A DNA stretch of 64,000 nt from Winogradskyella sp. (GTDB lineage: Bacteria; Bacteroidota; Bacteroidia; Flavobacteriales; Flavobacteriaceae): positions 1,368 through 65,367 of the forward strand of contig SHBX01000012.1 of the NCBI GenBank assembly GCA_004211785.1. The letters are read 5' to 3'. Position 1 is the first letter of the stretch. Every line of letters begins with the position of its first letter. The notes below the pieces were generated by a model. It made no database searches. It was not told where the DNA came from and saw nothing but the letters and a program-made list of their open reading frames with translations. The position numbers and the translations under genes are program-made. Below are positions 1-8,564 of this stretch, piece after piece.

Positions 1-34
1 TTTCAAGGCGCTTTTTTTATGCCTCTCAAATCCT

Positions 35-42
35 TATTTTTG
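35..42 (+). promoter_or_regulatory. Bacteroidetes -7 promoter element (TAnnTTTG) for kynurenine operon
   Basis: TATTTTTG 25 nt upstream of kynU start. Confidence 0.55.
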
Positions 43-67
43 TTAGACACCAAAACGCAATCACAAT

Positions 68-1333
68 TTGTCTAATTATAAACTAGGTCTCGATTTTGCC
101 AAACAGCTAGACCAAAACGATCAATTAGCTGAATACCGAAATCAATTTCACATCCCAAAAGACCAAAACGGAAATGAAGTGGTATACATGACTGGGAATT
201 CTTTAGGTCTTCAACCAAAAATCACAAAAAACTATATTGACCAAGAACTTGAAGATTGGGCAAATCTTGGTGTCGAAGGCCATACCGAAGGCAAAAATCC
301 ATGGCTGCATTATCATGAGTTTCTAACAGAAACTATGGCAGAGATTGTTGGCGCAAAACCGCTTGAAGTTATCGTCATGAACTCACTTACCGCCAATCTG
401 CATTTAATGATGGTGAGCTTTTACAAACCGACATCCAAGCGTTATAAAATATTGATTGAAGCTGATGCTTTTCCTAGTGATAAATATGCTGTAGAATCGC
501 AATTAAGACATCACGGTTATGATGATAAAGATGGATTAATATTGTGGGAATCTCGTGATGGTGAGGAACTTGCCCATTATGAAGATTTAGAAACCCTACT
601 AGAAAATCATGGCGATGAAATTGCGCTTGTCATGATTGGTGGTGTTAATTACTACACTGGGCAATTTTTTGATCTAAAACGTATTACAGAACTCGCTCAT
701 AGCTATGGTTGTACTGTTGGTTTTGATTGTGCTCATGGTGCCGGAAATGTCCAGCTTAACCTTCATAACTCAGGCGCTGATTTTGCAGTTTGGTGTACTT
801 ATAAATATTTAAATTCTGGACCAGGAAGTTTATCTGGTGCTTTTGTACACGAACGTCATGCCAACAGAAAAGACCTCAACCGATTTACAGGCTGGTGGAG
901 TCACAATAAAGAAACACGCTTTAGAATGCGTGATGAGTTTGACCAATTACCAGGAGCCGAAGGTTGGCAACTCAGTAATCCGCCTATTTTATCTATGGCG
1001 GCGATTAGAGCATCTTTAGACGTTTTTAAAAATGCTGGTTTTGATAAGTTATGTTTAAAATCTAAAATATTAACCGGATACTTTGAGTTTTTGATTAATG
1101 AATTAAATAATTCTGACATTAAAATCATTACACCTTCTAATCCCCAAGAACGTGGCTGCCAATTATCTATTCAAGTAAAAAACGCTGACAAAACATTACA
1201 TAAAAAACTGACTGAAGCTGGAGTTATAACTGATTGGCGAGAACCAGATGTTATTCGCTGTGCGCCCGTGCCGTTATATAATTCGTTTATGGACATCTAT
1301 CAATTTGTAGAGCGATTGAAAAAAGTTTTATGA
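68..1333 (+). CDS. kynU: Kynureninase
   Basis: GNSLGLQP, FPSDxYA, DCAHGAGN, WCTYKYLNSGPG (PLP Lys), GWQLSNPP, DWREPDVIR motifs; TTG start. Confidence 0.97.
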   Translation: MSNYKLGLDFAKQLDQNDQLAEYRNQFHIPKDQNGNEVVYMTGNSLGLQPKITKNYIDQELEDWANLGVEGHTEGKNPWLHYHEFLTETMAEIVGAKPLEVIVMNSLTANLHLMMVSFYKPTSKRYKILIEADAFPSDKYAVESQLRHHGYDDKDGLILWESRDGEELAHYEDLETLLENHGDEIALVMIGGVNYYTGQFFDLKRITELAHSYGCTVGFDCAHGAGNVQLNLHNSGADFAVWCTYKYLNSGPGSLSGAFVHERHANRKDLNRFTGWWSHNKETRFRMRDEFDQLPGAEGWQLSNPPILSMAAIRASLDVFKNAGFDKLCLKSKILTGYFEFLINELNNSDIKIITPSNPQERGCQLSIQVKNADKTLHKKLTEAGVITDWREPDVIRCAPVPLYNSFMDIYQFVERLKKVL

Positions 1334-2730
1334 AAGAGAAACAACAAAACATACTCATCATAGGCGCAGGTTTATGCGGCAGTCTTTTGGCACTTCGTAT
1401 GGGACAACGTGGATATAATGTTAATGTTTACGAAATGCGTCCGGACTTACGCAAAACAGATATTTCTGCAGGTCGTTCAATTAACTTAGCATTTTCTGAC
1501 CGTGGTAATAAAGGCATGAAACTTGTTGATATAGAAGAGAAAGTAAAAGCACTTTGCATTCCTATGAACGGACGTATGCTTCATGACAAGGAAGGCAATA
1601 CCTTTTTATCAAACTATAGTGGTCGTGACCATGAATATATCAATTCTATTTCAAGAGGAGGACTAAATGCTTTACTACTAGACGAAGCAGAAAAGCATAA
1701 GAATGTTTCCATTCACTTTAACAAAAAATGCCGCTATGTAGATTTCGAAAACACCACTGCACTTTTTCAAGATTATAACACAAAAAAAGAGTTTATAGAA
1801 GATGCGGATTGCATCATCGCAACAGATGGGGCCGGTTCAGCATTACGTCGTAGTTATTATCTGGAACGTAAATTCTTATTCAGTTTTTCGCAAGATTACT
1901 TAACGCATGGCTATAAAGAATTAAGCATTCTACCAACCGAATCGGGAGATTACAAAACCTATAAAAATGCCTTACATATTTGGCCACGTGGTGACTTTAT
2001 GGTGATTGCATTACCAAATATAGATGGAAGTTTTACGGTTACACTTTTCTTAAGCTATACAGAAGGCGAATACAATTTTAATAATTTGACAACTCCAGAA
2101 GTCGTAACTGAGTTCTTCCAGAAAGAATTTCCAGATGCATTAGAATTAATGCCAAATCTAGTAAAAGATTTTTTTGAGAATCCTACAGCACCTTTAGGCA
2201 CGGTAAAATGCTCACCATGGCATTACAAAGGTAATACACTACTAATGGGAGATTCTGCACATGCGATTGTCCCTTTTTATGGACAAGGCATGAATGCTTC
2301 TTTTGAAGATGTGGTAGAATTTGATGCCGTTTTAGACAAACATGAAGGCGATTGGGAAACTATCTTCAGTGAGTACGGAAAAACAAGAAAGAAAGATACC
2401 GACGCCATTGCAGATTTAGCCATTGATAATTTTCATGAAATGAAAGACCATGTAGGTCAAGTTATATTTCAAGAAAAACGAAAAATTGAAATGGCTTTAG
2501 AAAAAGAATATCCTGAAGACTATTCCTCTAAATACAGTTTAGTTACCTTTAATGAAGATATTGGTTACAGAGAAGCCATGCTAAGAGGTCGAGCACAAGA
2601 CAAAGCAATTTTAAATATGCTAACTGATAATGTTATTTCTGTTGGAGATAATATTAAAGATATTTTAGAAAAAGTTAAAAAAGAAACTGAAGCAATCCTT
2701 GAAGATGATAGAATTGCTGGATTACATTAA
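1330..2730 (+). CDS. kmo: Kynurenine 3-monooxygenase
   Basis: GAGLCG FAD motif, GRSINLA, LHIWPRG, GDSAHAIVPFYGQGMNASFED; overlaps kynU stop. Confidence 0.95.
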   Translation: MKEKQQNILIIGAGLCGSLLALRMGQRGYNVNVYEMRPDLRKTDISAGRSINLAFSDRGNKGMKLVDIEEKVKALCIPMNGRMLHDKEGNTFLSNYSGRDHEYINSISRGGLNALLLDEAEKHKNVSIHFNKKCRYVDFENTTALFQDYNTKKEFIEDADCIIATDGAGSALRRSYYLERKFLFSFSQDYLTHGYKELSILPTESGDYKTYKNALHIWPRGDFMVIALPNIDGSFTVTLFLSYTEGEYNFNNLTTPEVVTEFFQKEFPDALELMPNLVKDFFENPTAPLGTVKCSPWHYKGNTLLMGDSAHAIVPFYGQGMNASFEDVVEFDAVLDKHEGDWETIFSEYGKTRKKDTDAIADLAIDNFHEMKDHVGQVIFQEKRKIEMALEKEYPEDYSSKYSLVTFNEDIGYREAMLRGRAQDKAILNMLTDNVISVGDNIKDILEKVKKETEAILEDDRIAGLH

Positions 2731-2733
2731 ACC

Positions 2734-3138
2734 ATGAGTGAAAAAATAGTAACACCCAGAGGCGCATATCCACATACAAAACGTGTTGGTGATTTTATTT
2801 TTGTGTCTGGAACAAGCTCTCGACGACCAGATAACACCATTGCTGGTGTAGATATTATCGACGAGATGGGAACAAAAAAGTTAAATGCTTACACCCAAAC
2901 ACAAGAAGTCTTAAAAAATATAGAACGTAATCTAGTAAAAGTAGGTGCTTCACTTGAAAATGTGGTTGATGTGACGTCTTTTTTAGTAAACATGAATGAC
3001 TTTGCGGATTACAATAAAGCATACGCCGAGTTTTTTGACAAAGCCACTGGACCAACACGTACAACAGTTGCAGTACATCAATTACCACATCCGGATTTGG
3101 TGATTGAGATTAAGGTGATGGCATATAAAAAATCGTAA
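2734..3138 (+). CDS. RidA-family 2-aminomuconate deaminase (NbaF/AmnD-like)
   Basis: [25 protein letters not shown] and [14 protein letters not shown] motifs; kynurenine operon context. Confidence 0.85.
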   Translation: MSEKIVTPRGAYPHTKRVGDFIFVSGTSSRRPDNTIAGVDIIDEMGTKKLNAYTQTQEVLKNIERNLVKVGASLENVVDVTSFLVNMNDFADYNKAYAEFFDKATGPTRTTVAVHQLPHPDLVIEIKVMAYKKS

Positions 3139-4577
3139 TGAACATTCAAAACTACATCAACGGGAAATTTCATAATCCACTTCGAAATAGTTGGATAGAC
3201 AACTACAATCCTTCAAATGGAGAAGTATATGGACAGATCCCTAATTCGAGTAAAGATGATGTAGAAAATGCATATATCGCAGCAAAATCTGCATTCCCAA
3301 TCTGGTCTCAAACCACTTTAGAAGAGCGTAGTAGAATCCTCATTAAAATTTCAGAATTACTAGAAGCCAACTTACAACGTTTTGCAGAAGCAGAGAGTAA
3401 AGACAACGGTAAACCTATTAGCTTAGCAAAGGTAGTAGACATTCCAAGAGCCGCAAGTAATTTTCGCTTTTTCGGGAATGCTATTACACAATTCGCAAGT
3501 GAAAGTCACGAATCTATTGGTCAAAATGCTATAAACTATACGCTAAGACAACCAATTGGTGTTGTTGGTTGTATTTCTCCATGGAATCTTCCACTCTATT
3601 TATTTACTTGGAAAATAGCGCCAGCCATTGCCGCAGGTAATTGCGTGGTTGCAAAACCAAGCGAAATCACGCCAATGACTGCTTACCTTTTAGGTGAGAT
3701 TTGTAACAAAGCCGGCTTACCAAAAGGCGTTTTAAATATTGTTCATGGTTTAGGCACAACAACTGGGCAAGCCATTGTAGAGCATCCAGATATTAAAGCC
3801 ATTAGTTTTACAGGTGGCACAGCAACTGGCGCACATATTGCGAAGGTAGCTGCACCGATGTTCAAGAAATTATCTTTAGAACTTGGTGGGAAGAATCCAA
3901 ACATCATTTTTGCAGATTGCGATTATGATGACATGCTTGAAACTACAGTGCGCTCGTCATTTGCAAATCAAGGACAGATATGCCTGTGTGGAAGTCGCAT
4001 TTTTATAGAAGATTCGATTTATTCAACATTTAAAAAAGATTTTATTGCTAAAGTAAAAGCTTTAAAAGTTGGGCATCCTTCTGAAAGCGATACTAATATT
4101 GGCGCGTTAGTATCAAAACCACATCTCAAAAAAGTAAAAGAATATATAAATATCGCCAAAGAAGAAAACGGTACTGTTTTATGTGGCGGAAACGAAGTCA
4201 CAGTCAAAGGTTATGAAAACGGTTATTATTTAGAACCAACTGTCATAGAAGTCCCAAATGATGAATGCAGAGTAAACCAAGAAGAAATATTTGGTCCAGT
4301 TGTAACCATAATGCCTTTTAGTTCTGAAGATGATGTACTACAAATGGCAAACAAAGTTAAATACGGACTATCAGCAACACTTTGGACTAATGACCTAAAA
4401 CGCACCATGCGCATGAGCAACCAATTACAAACTGGCATTGTTTGGGTTAACACTTGGATGATGCGAGATTTACGAACGCCTTTTGGTGGTGTAAAAGCTA
4501 GTGGCGTTGGTCGTGAAGGTGGCTTTGAAGCGCTTCGATTTTTTACAGAACCAAAAAATATATGTATAAAATATTAA
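3138..4577 (+). CDS. 2-aminomuconate 6-semialdehyde dehydrogenase (ALDH8-like)
   Basis: ISPWNLPLYLFTWKIAPA, LELGGKNP, NQGQICLCGSR, RDLRTPFGG; operon context. Confidence 0.88.
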   Translation: MNIQNYINGKFHNPLRNSWIDNYNPSNGEVYGQIPNSSKDDVENAYIAAKSAFPIWSQTTLEERSRILIKISELLEANLQRFAEAESKDNGKPISLAKVVDIPRAASNFRFFGNAITQFASESHESIGQNAINYTLRQPIGVVGCISPWNLPLYLFTWKIAPAIAAGNCVVAKPSEITPMTAYLLGEICNKAGLPKGVLNIVHGLGTTTGQAIVEHPDIKAISFTGGTATGAHIAKVAAPMFKKLSLELGGKNPNIIFADCDYDDMLETTVRSSFANQGQICLCGSRIFIEDSIYSTFKKDFIAKVKALKVGHPSESDTNIGALVSKPHLKKVKEYINIAKEENGTVLCGGNEVTVKGYENGYYLEPTVIEVPNDECRVNQEEIFGPVVTIMPFSSEDDVLQMANKVKYGLSATLWTNDLKRTMRMSNQLQTGIVWVNTWMMRDLRTPFGGVKASGVGREGGFEALRFFTEPKNICIKY

Positions 4578-4588
4578 AACAATAAATC

Positions 4589-5113
4589 ATGAAAAATAAA
4601 TTATTCACATTAGGATTATCCCTTTCAATGACTTTTGTATTTGCTCAAGACACGAAGACATTTACAAAAAATAATTATACGATAGATTATCCTTCTTCAT
4701 GGCAAATTAGTGAGCAAAAAACACAACCAGCTGTTCAGTTTATGATAGTTTCGGATATAACTTCTCAAGCAAAAGACAATTTCAGAGAAAATATCAGTCT
4801 ATCTGAAGAACCTCTTCAAGGTAAAACTTTGAATGCTGAGCAATACTCTCAAATTTTGGTTAATCAAATAAATGCTCAAATTCCAAGTTCAAAAACAAGT
4901 CCTACTAAATCTATTAATTTAAATGGGATTGACGCACAAGAATTAGTCTGGTCAGCAGATTTTGGCAATGGCACAGTATTAAAATTTAAACAAGTTTTAT
5001 TTGTTAATGGCAATACAGGATATGCTATCACTTATCAAAGCACAACTACTGAATTTGATGAATATTTAGTGGTTGCTGACAAAATCATTAGTAGTTTTAA
5101 ATTTGTAAATTAA
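4589..5113 (+). CDS. Exported PsbP/DcrB-like protein
   Basis: Signal peptide (VFA-Q), YTIDYPxxW motif and C-terminal IISSFKF typical of PsbP-like fold. Confidence 0.55.
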   Translation: MKNKLFTLGLSLSMTFVFAQDTKTFTKNNYTIDYPSSWQISEQKTQPAVQFMIVSDITSQAKDNFRENISLSEEPLQGKTLNAEQYSQILVNQINAQIPSSKTSPTKSINLNGIDAQELVWSADFGNGTVLKFKQVLFVNGNTGYAITYQSTTTEFDEYLVVADKIISSFKFVN

Positions 5114-5115
5114 AA

Positions 5116-5898
5116 ATGAACTTAGAACTTAACAACAAACATGCACTCGTTTGTGGAAGCACTCAAGGCATTGGTAAAGCCACAGCAATGGCTTTAGCAG
5201 AAGAAGGTGTAAACGTAACTCTAATTGCTAGAAATGAAGATAAACTTAAAGCGGTTTTAGCCGAAATGCCTTCACATAGAAATCATAGTTATATCGTTGC
5301 CGATTTTTCAAACCCTCAAGATTTAAAAGCTAAAGTCTCAAATTATGTTTCTAAACATCATGGATTTCACATACTCATAAATAATACTGGCGGACCAGCT
5401 GGCGGACCTGTTTTTTCGGCAGGCTTAGATGAATTTCAGAATGCATTTACACAGCATTTGAAATGCAACCATGTGTTAGTACAAACCCTAGTTCCTTTTA
5501 TGAAAAGTGAGAATTATGGTCGCATCATTAATGTGATTTCTACCTCAGTAAAACAACCCTTAGATGGTCTTGGTGTAAGCAACACTATTCGAGGTGCAGT
5601 TGCCAATTGGAGTAAAACTCTAGCTAATGAATTAGGGCAATTTGGTATTACAGTAAACAATGTTTTACCAGGAGCTACATCTACAGAACGCTTGTCTCAA
5701 ATTATAAAAAACAAAGCTTCTAAAACTGGGCAAACTGAAGATACAGCTGCAAAAGCCATGCAAAACGCTATTCCAGCAAAACGCTTTGCAAAACCAGAAG
5801 AGACTGCTCATGCCATTACATTTTTAGCAAGTGAACGTGCCTCATACATTAACGGAATTAATCTTCCAATTGATGGCGGTAGAACTAAAAGTTTGTAA
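5116..5898 (+). CDS. Atypical short-chain dehydrogenase/reductase
   Basis: CGSTQGIG cofactor motif, NNTGGP, SNTIR in place of YxxxK, C-terminal IDGG. Confidence 0.9.
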   Translation: MNLELNNKHALVCGSTQGIGKATAMALAEEGVNVTLIARNEDKLKAVLAEMPSHRNHSYIVADFSNPQDLKAKVSNYVSKHHGFHILINNTGGPAGGPVFSAGLDEFQNAFTQHLKCNHVLVQTLVPFMKSENYGRIINVISTSVKQPLDGLGVSNTIRGAVANWSKTLANELGQFGITVNNVLPGATSTERLSQIIKNKASKTGQTEDTAAKAMQNAIPAKRFAKPEETAHAITFLASERASYINGINLPIDGGRTKSL

Positions 5899-5927
5899 CT
5901 TTATAACTCAGCAATAAACCAAAACCA

Positions 5928-6464
5928 ATGAGCAAGCTATATCCGCCTATTAATTTCAAAGCATGGATTGAAGAAAATCGTCATTTATTAAAGCCACCTG
6001 TTGGTAATAAAGTGGTTTGGAAAGATGGCGACTACATTGTTATGGTTGTCGGCGGACCAAATAGTAGAAAGGATTATCATTACAATGAAACGCCTGAGTT
6101 TTTCTATCAGGTTGAAGGCGATATAGTTCTCAAAGTTATAGACAAAGGCACACCGAAAGACATTCATATTAAAGAAGGTGACATCTTTTTATTACCACCA
6201 AAAGTACCGCATTCGCCTCAACGTGGTGCTAATACTGTTGGTTTAGTTATAGAATACCCTCGTGAAAAAGGCGTACAAGATGCACTGCTTTGGTTCTGCG
6301 AAAACTGTACAACAAAATTATACGAAGAAGATTTTACTGTAGATAATATTGAAACTGATATGCCAAAAATCTTTGACAAGTATTATGGTGATTCAGACAA
6401 GCGTACCTGCCCAAATTGTAATGCCATAATGCAAGCACCAAAGAAAGTTCAGCTAGATGACTAA
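5928..6464 (+). CDS. nbaC: 3-hydroxyanthranilate 3,4-dioxygenase
   Basis: LKPPVGNK, VGGPNSRKDYH, EFFYQ, VPHSPQR, plus CxxC...CxxC rubredoxin-like site. Confidence 0.96.
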   Translation: MSKLYPPINFKAWIEENRHLLKPPVGNKVVWKDGDYIVMVVGGPNSRKDYHYNETPEFFYQVEGDIVLKVIDKGTPKDIHIKEGDIFLLPPKVPHSPQRGANTVGLVIEYPREKGVQDALLWFCENCTTKLYEEDFTVDNIETDMPKIFDKYYGDSDKRTCPNCNAIMQAPKKVQLDD

Positions 6465-7542
6465 ACGCAAACTAAGAATAAACGGCCATTCACATCTACT
6501 TCCCTATCCTGAGGAAATACCTCAATTTATGAAAGACAAAGAGATTTTTTGGGTAGATGATGAGCGTAAATACATGCTTCAAAAAGGATGGAAACGTCCT
6601 GTTACTGATTCTAGTTTTTTCTTAAATGAAAAACTAGAATGGATGGAAAAGAATCGTCTAGACCATGCCGTTGTATTAAACTTATCTCAACTTTATGGTA
6701 ATGGTCTTCGTTTAGAAGAAATGAAAAAAGCCTTGCGTTTTCAAAATGATTTTAATGCAAGAGTGCAACATGACCATCTAAAAAAATTTACATGTGGCTT
6801 TGTTGTGCATCCTGGTTTTATTCATGGTGCTTTATGGGAAATTGAACGTTGTGTTGAAAAATTAGGCCTTAGCCTATTATGTTTACCAACGCATTTTATG
6901 GACTCCATTGGTCAATGGCGCTCAGTTTTTGATAAAGAGAATGACCCTATTTTTGAGCTCGCTGACAAATATAAATTAGCGATTGAGATTCATCCTTATG
7001 ATGGTGACAAAATGATAAATCTAGAAAATACTGCGTGGCGTTTTCACCTAATCTGGATGCTAGCGCAATGTGGTGATGCTTATCATTTCTATACCTTAAA
7101 TGGTATGCAAGAACGTTTCCCCAATATTAGAACTTGCTTTGCCCATGGAGGTCAGCTAGCTCAAATGAATTTAGGACGTCGAATACAAGGTTTTGATGGT
7201 AGACCAGATTTATTTGAAGGCAAGCATCATCCTAGAAAAGCCGTGGGACATCCAAACATCTATTTTGACACTTTGGTACACGACACAGATTCTCTAAAAC
7301 TCATGATAGACAGACAAGGTGCAAAACAAGTAATTATGGGCTTAGATGACCCTTATCCACTTGGTGAAATGGAGAGCGATGCACAATCCTCGTATCCAGG
7401 AAAGATTTTAGATTTGGCCATAGACAGAGATATTATTAATCAAAATGAATATGATGAAATATGGGAATGTAATGTGTTGCGATGGTTATTTGGAGATGAT
7501 ATTGAAGCAAAAGACAAACTTGTAAAACGTATTTTGAGTTAA
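6457..7542 (+). CDS. Aminocarboxymuconate-semialdehyde decarboxylase (ACMSD, amidohydrolase family)
   Basis: N-terminal HxH, IHPYD, FAHGG, DTLVHD, GLDDPYPLGE; follows HAD. Confidence 0.85.
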   Translation: MTKRKLRINGHSHLLPYPEEIPQFMKDKEIFWVDDERKYMLQKGWKRPVTDSSFFLNEKLEWMEKNRLDHAVVLNLSQLYGNGLRLEEMKKALRFQNDFNARVQHDHLKKFTCGFVVHPGFIHGALWEIERCVEKLGLSLLCLPTHFMDSIGQWRSVFDKENDPIFELADKYKLAIEIHPYDGDKMINLENTAWRFHLIWMLAQCGDAYHFYTLNGMQERFPNIRTCFAHGGQLAQMNLGRRIQGFDGRPDLFEGKHHPRKAVGHPNIYFDTLVHDTDSLKLMIDRQGAKQVIMGLDDPYPLGEMESDAQSSYPGKILDLAIDRDIINQNEYDEIWECNVLRWLFGDDIEAKDKLVKRILS

Positions 7543-8183
7543 TGCATTTTCTACCAGAAAAGTTAGATGATTACGTTGTTTCGCATTCTGAAACTGAGCC
7601 AGAATTATTACAACAACTCACTAGAGAAACGTATCAAAAAATTTTACAACCTATTATGCTAAGCGGACCATATCAAGGTCGCGTTTTGAGTATGATTTCA
7701 AAATTAATTAATCCTAAAAGTGTTTTAGAACTAGGCACTTTCACAGGTTATGCAACACTTTGTTTGGCAGAAGGATTAGACAAAGACGGTATTATTTACA
7801 CCATTGATATTAATGAAGAGTTAGAAGGTTTTCAACGTAAGTATTTTGATAAATCAGGTTATGGACAACAAATATTTCAGCATATTGGTAATGCTTTAGA
7901 GATAATTCCTAAGATTGACACTTCTTTTGATTTGGTATTTATAGATGCTGACAAGCCTAACTATAGCAATTATTTTCATTTAATAATAGATAAATTAAAT
8001 CCTGGAGGTATTATACTGTCAGATAATGTGTTATGGCATGGAAAAGTTATTGAAAAGCTTGACCCAAAAGATAAATCAACAAAAGCAGTCTTAGACTACA
8101 ATACACTTCTTAAAAACGATACAAGAATTGAAACGGTTGTTTTACCTATCCGAGATGGATTAACTATTAGTCGTAAAATATAG
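7542..8183 (+). CDS. SAM-dependent O-methyltransferase (CCoAOMT/YrrM-like)
   Basis: LELGTFTGY, FDLVFIDADK, DNVLWHG, LPIRDGL. Confidence 0.9.
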   Translation: MHFLPEKLDDYVVSHSETEPELLQQLTRETYQKILQPIMLSGPYQGRVLSMISKLINPKSVLELGTFTGYATLCLAEGLDKDGIIYTIDINEELEGFQRKYFDKSGYGQQIFQHIGNALEIIPKIDTSFDLVFIDADKPNYSNYFHLIIDKLNPGGIILSDNVLWHGKVIEKLDPKDKSTKAVLDYNTLLKNDTRIETVVLPIRDGLTISRKI

Positions 8184-8192
8184 TTTTATAAT

Positions 8193-8483
8193 TTAAGGCT
8201 TACGCTTCACTGAACCTGTAAAATCCTCTACCTCATCACGCACTTTGTTAAGCTCTTCATTGATATTCTGAGTAACTTCAGTATCAATTATACCATTCTC
8301 TTTTGCACTTTTTGTGACTTCGTGCTTGATATCATTGGTTGCATCTTTAAGTGTCCGCATACCTTTCCCTAATCCTCTAGCTATTTCAGGAATTTTATCA
8401 GCTCCAAAAACCATAACCACTATAAATAGTATAAAGATGATTTCTGTGCCTCCAATGAATAATAATGTTGACTGACTTAACAT
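8193..8483 (-). CDS. tatA: Twin-arginine translocase TatA/TatE subunit
   Basis: N-terminal TM, FGADKIPEIARGLGKGMR motif. Confidence 0.85.
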   Translation of the reverse strand: MLSQSTLLFIGGTEIIFILFIVVMVFGADKIPEIARGLGKGMRTLKDATNDIKHEVTKSAKENGIIDTEVTQNINEELNKVRDEVEDFTGSVKRKP

Positions 8484-8512
8484 ACTGCAAATATAAACTG
8501 ACTTTATGTAAT

Positions 8513-8540
8513 AAAAAAAGCCGACTCGTTAAAGTCGGCT
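8513..8540 (-). terminator. Intrinsic terminator after M1 peptidase
   Basis: AGCCGACT/AGTCGGCT stem with T-tract on minus strand. Confidence 0.75.
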
Positions 8541-8564
8541 ATATATATTATAAAAAACTAATAA

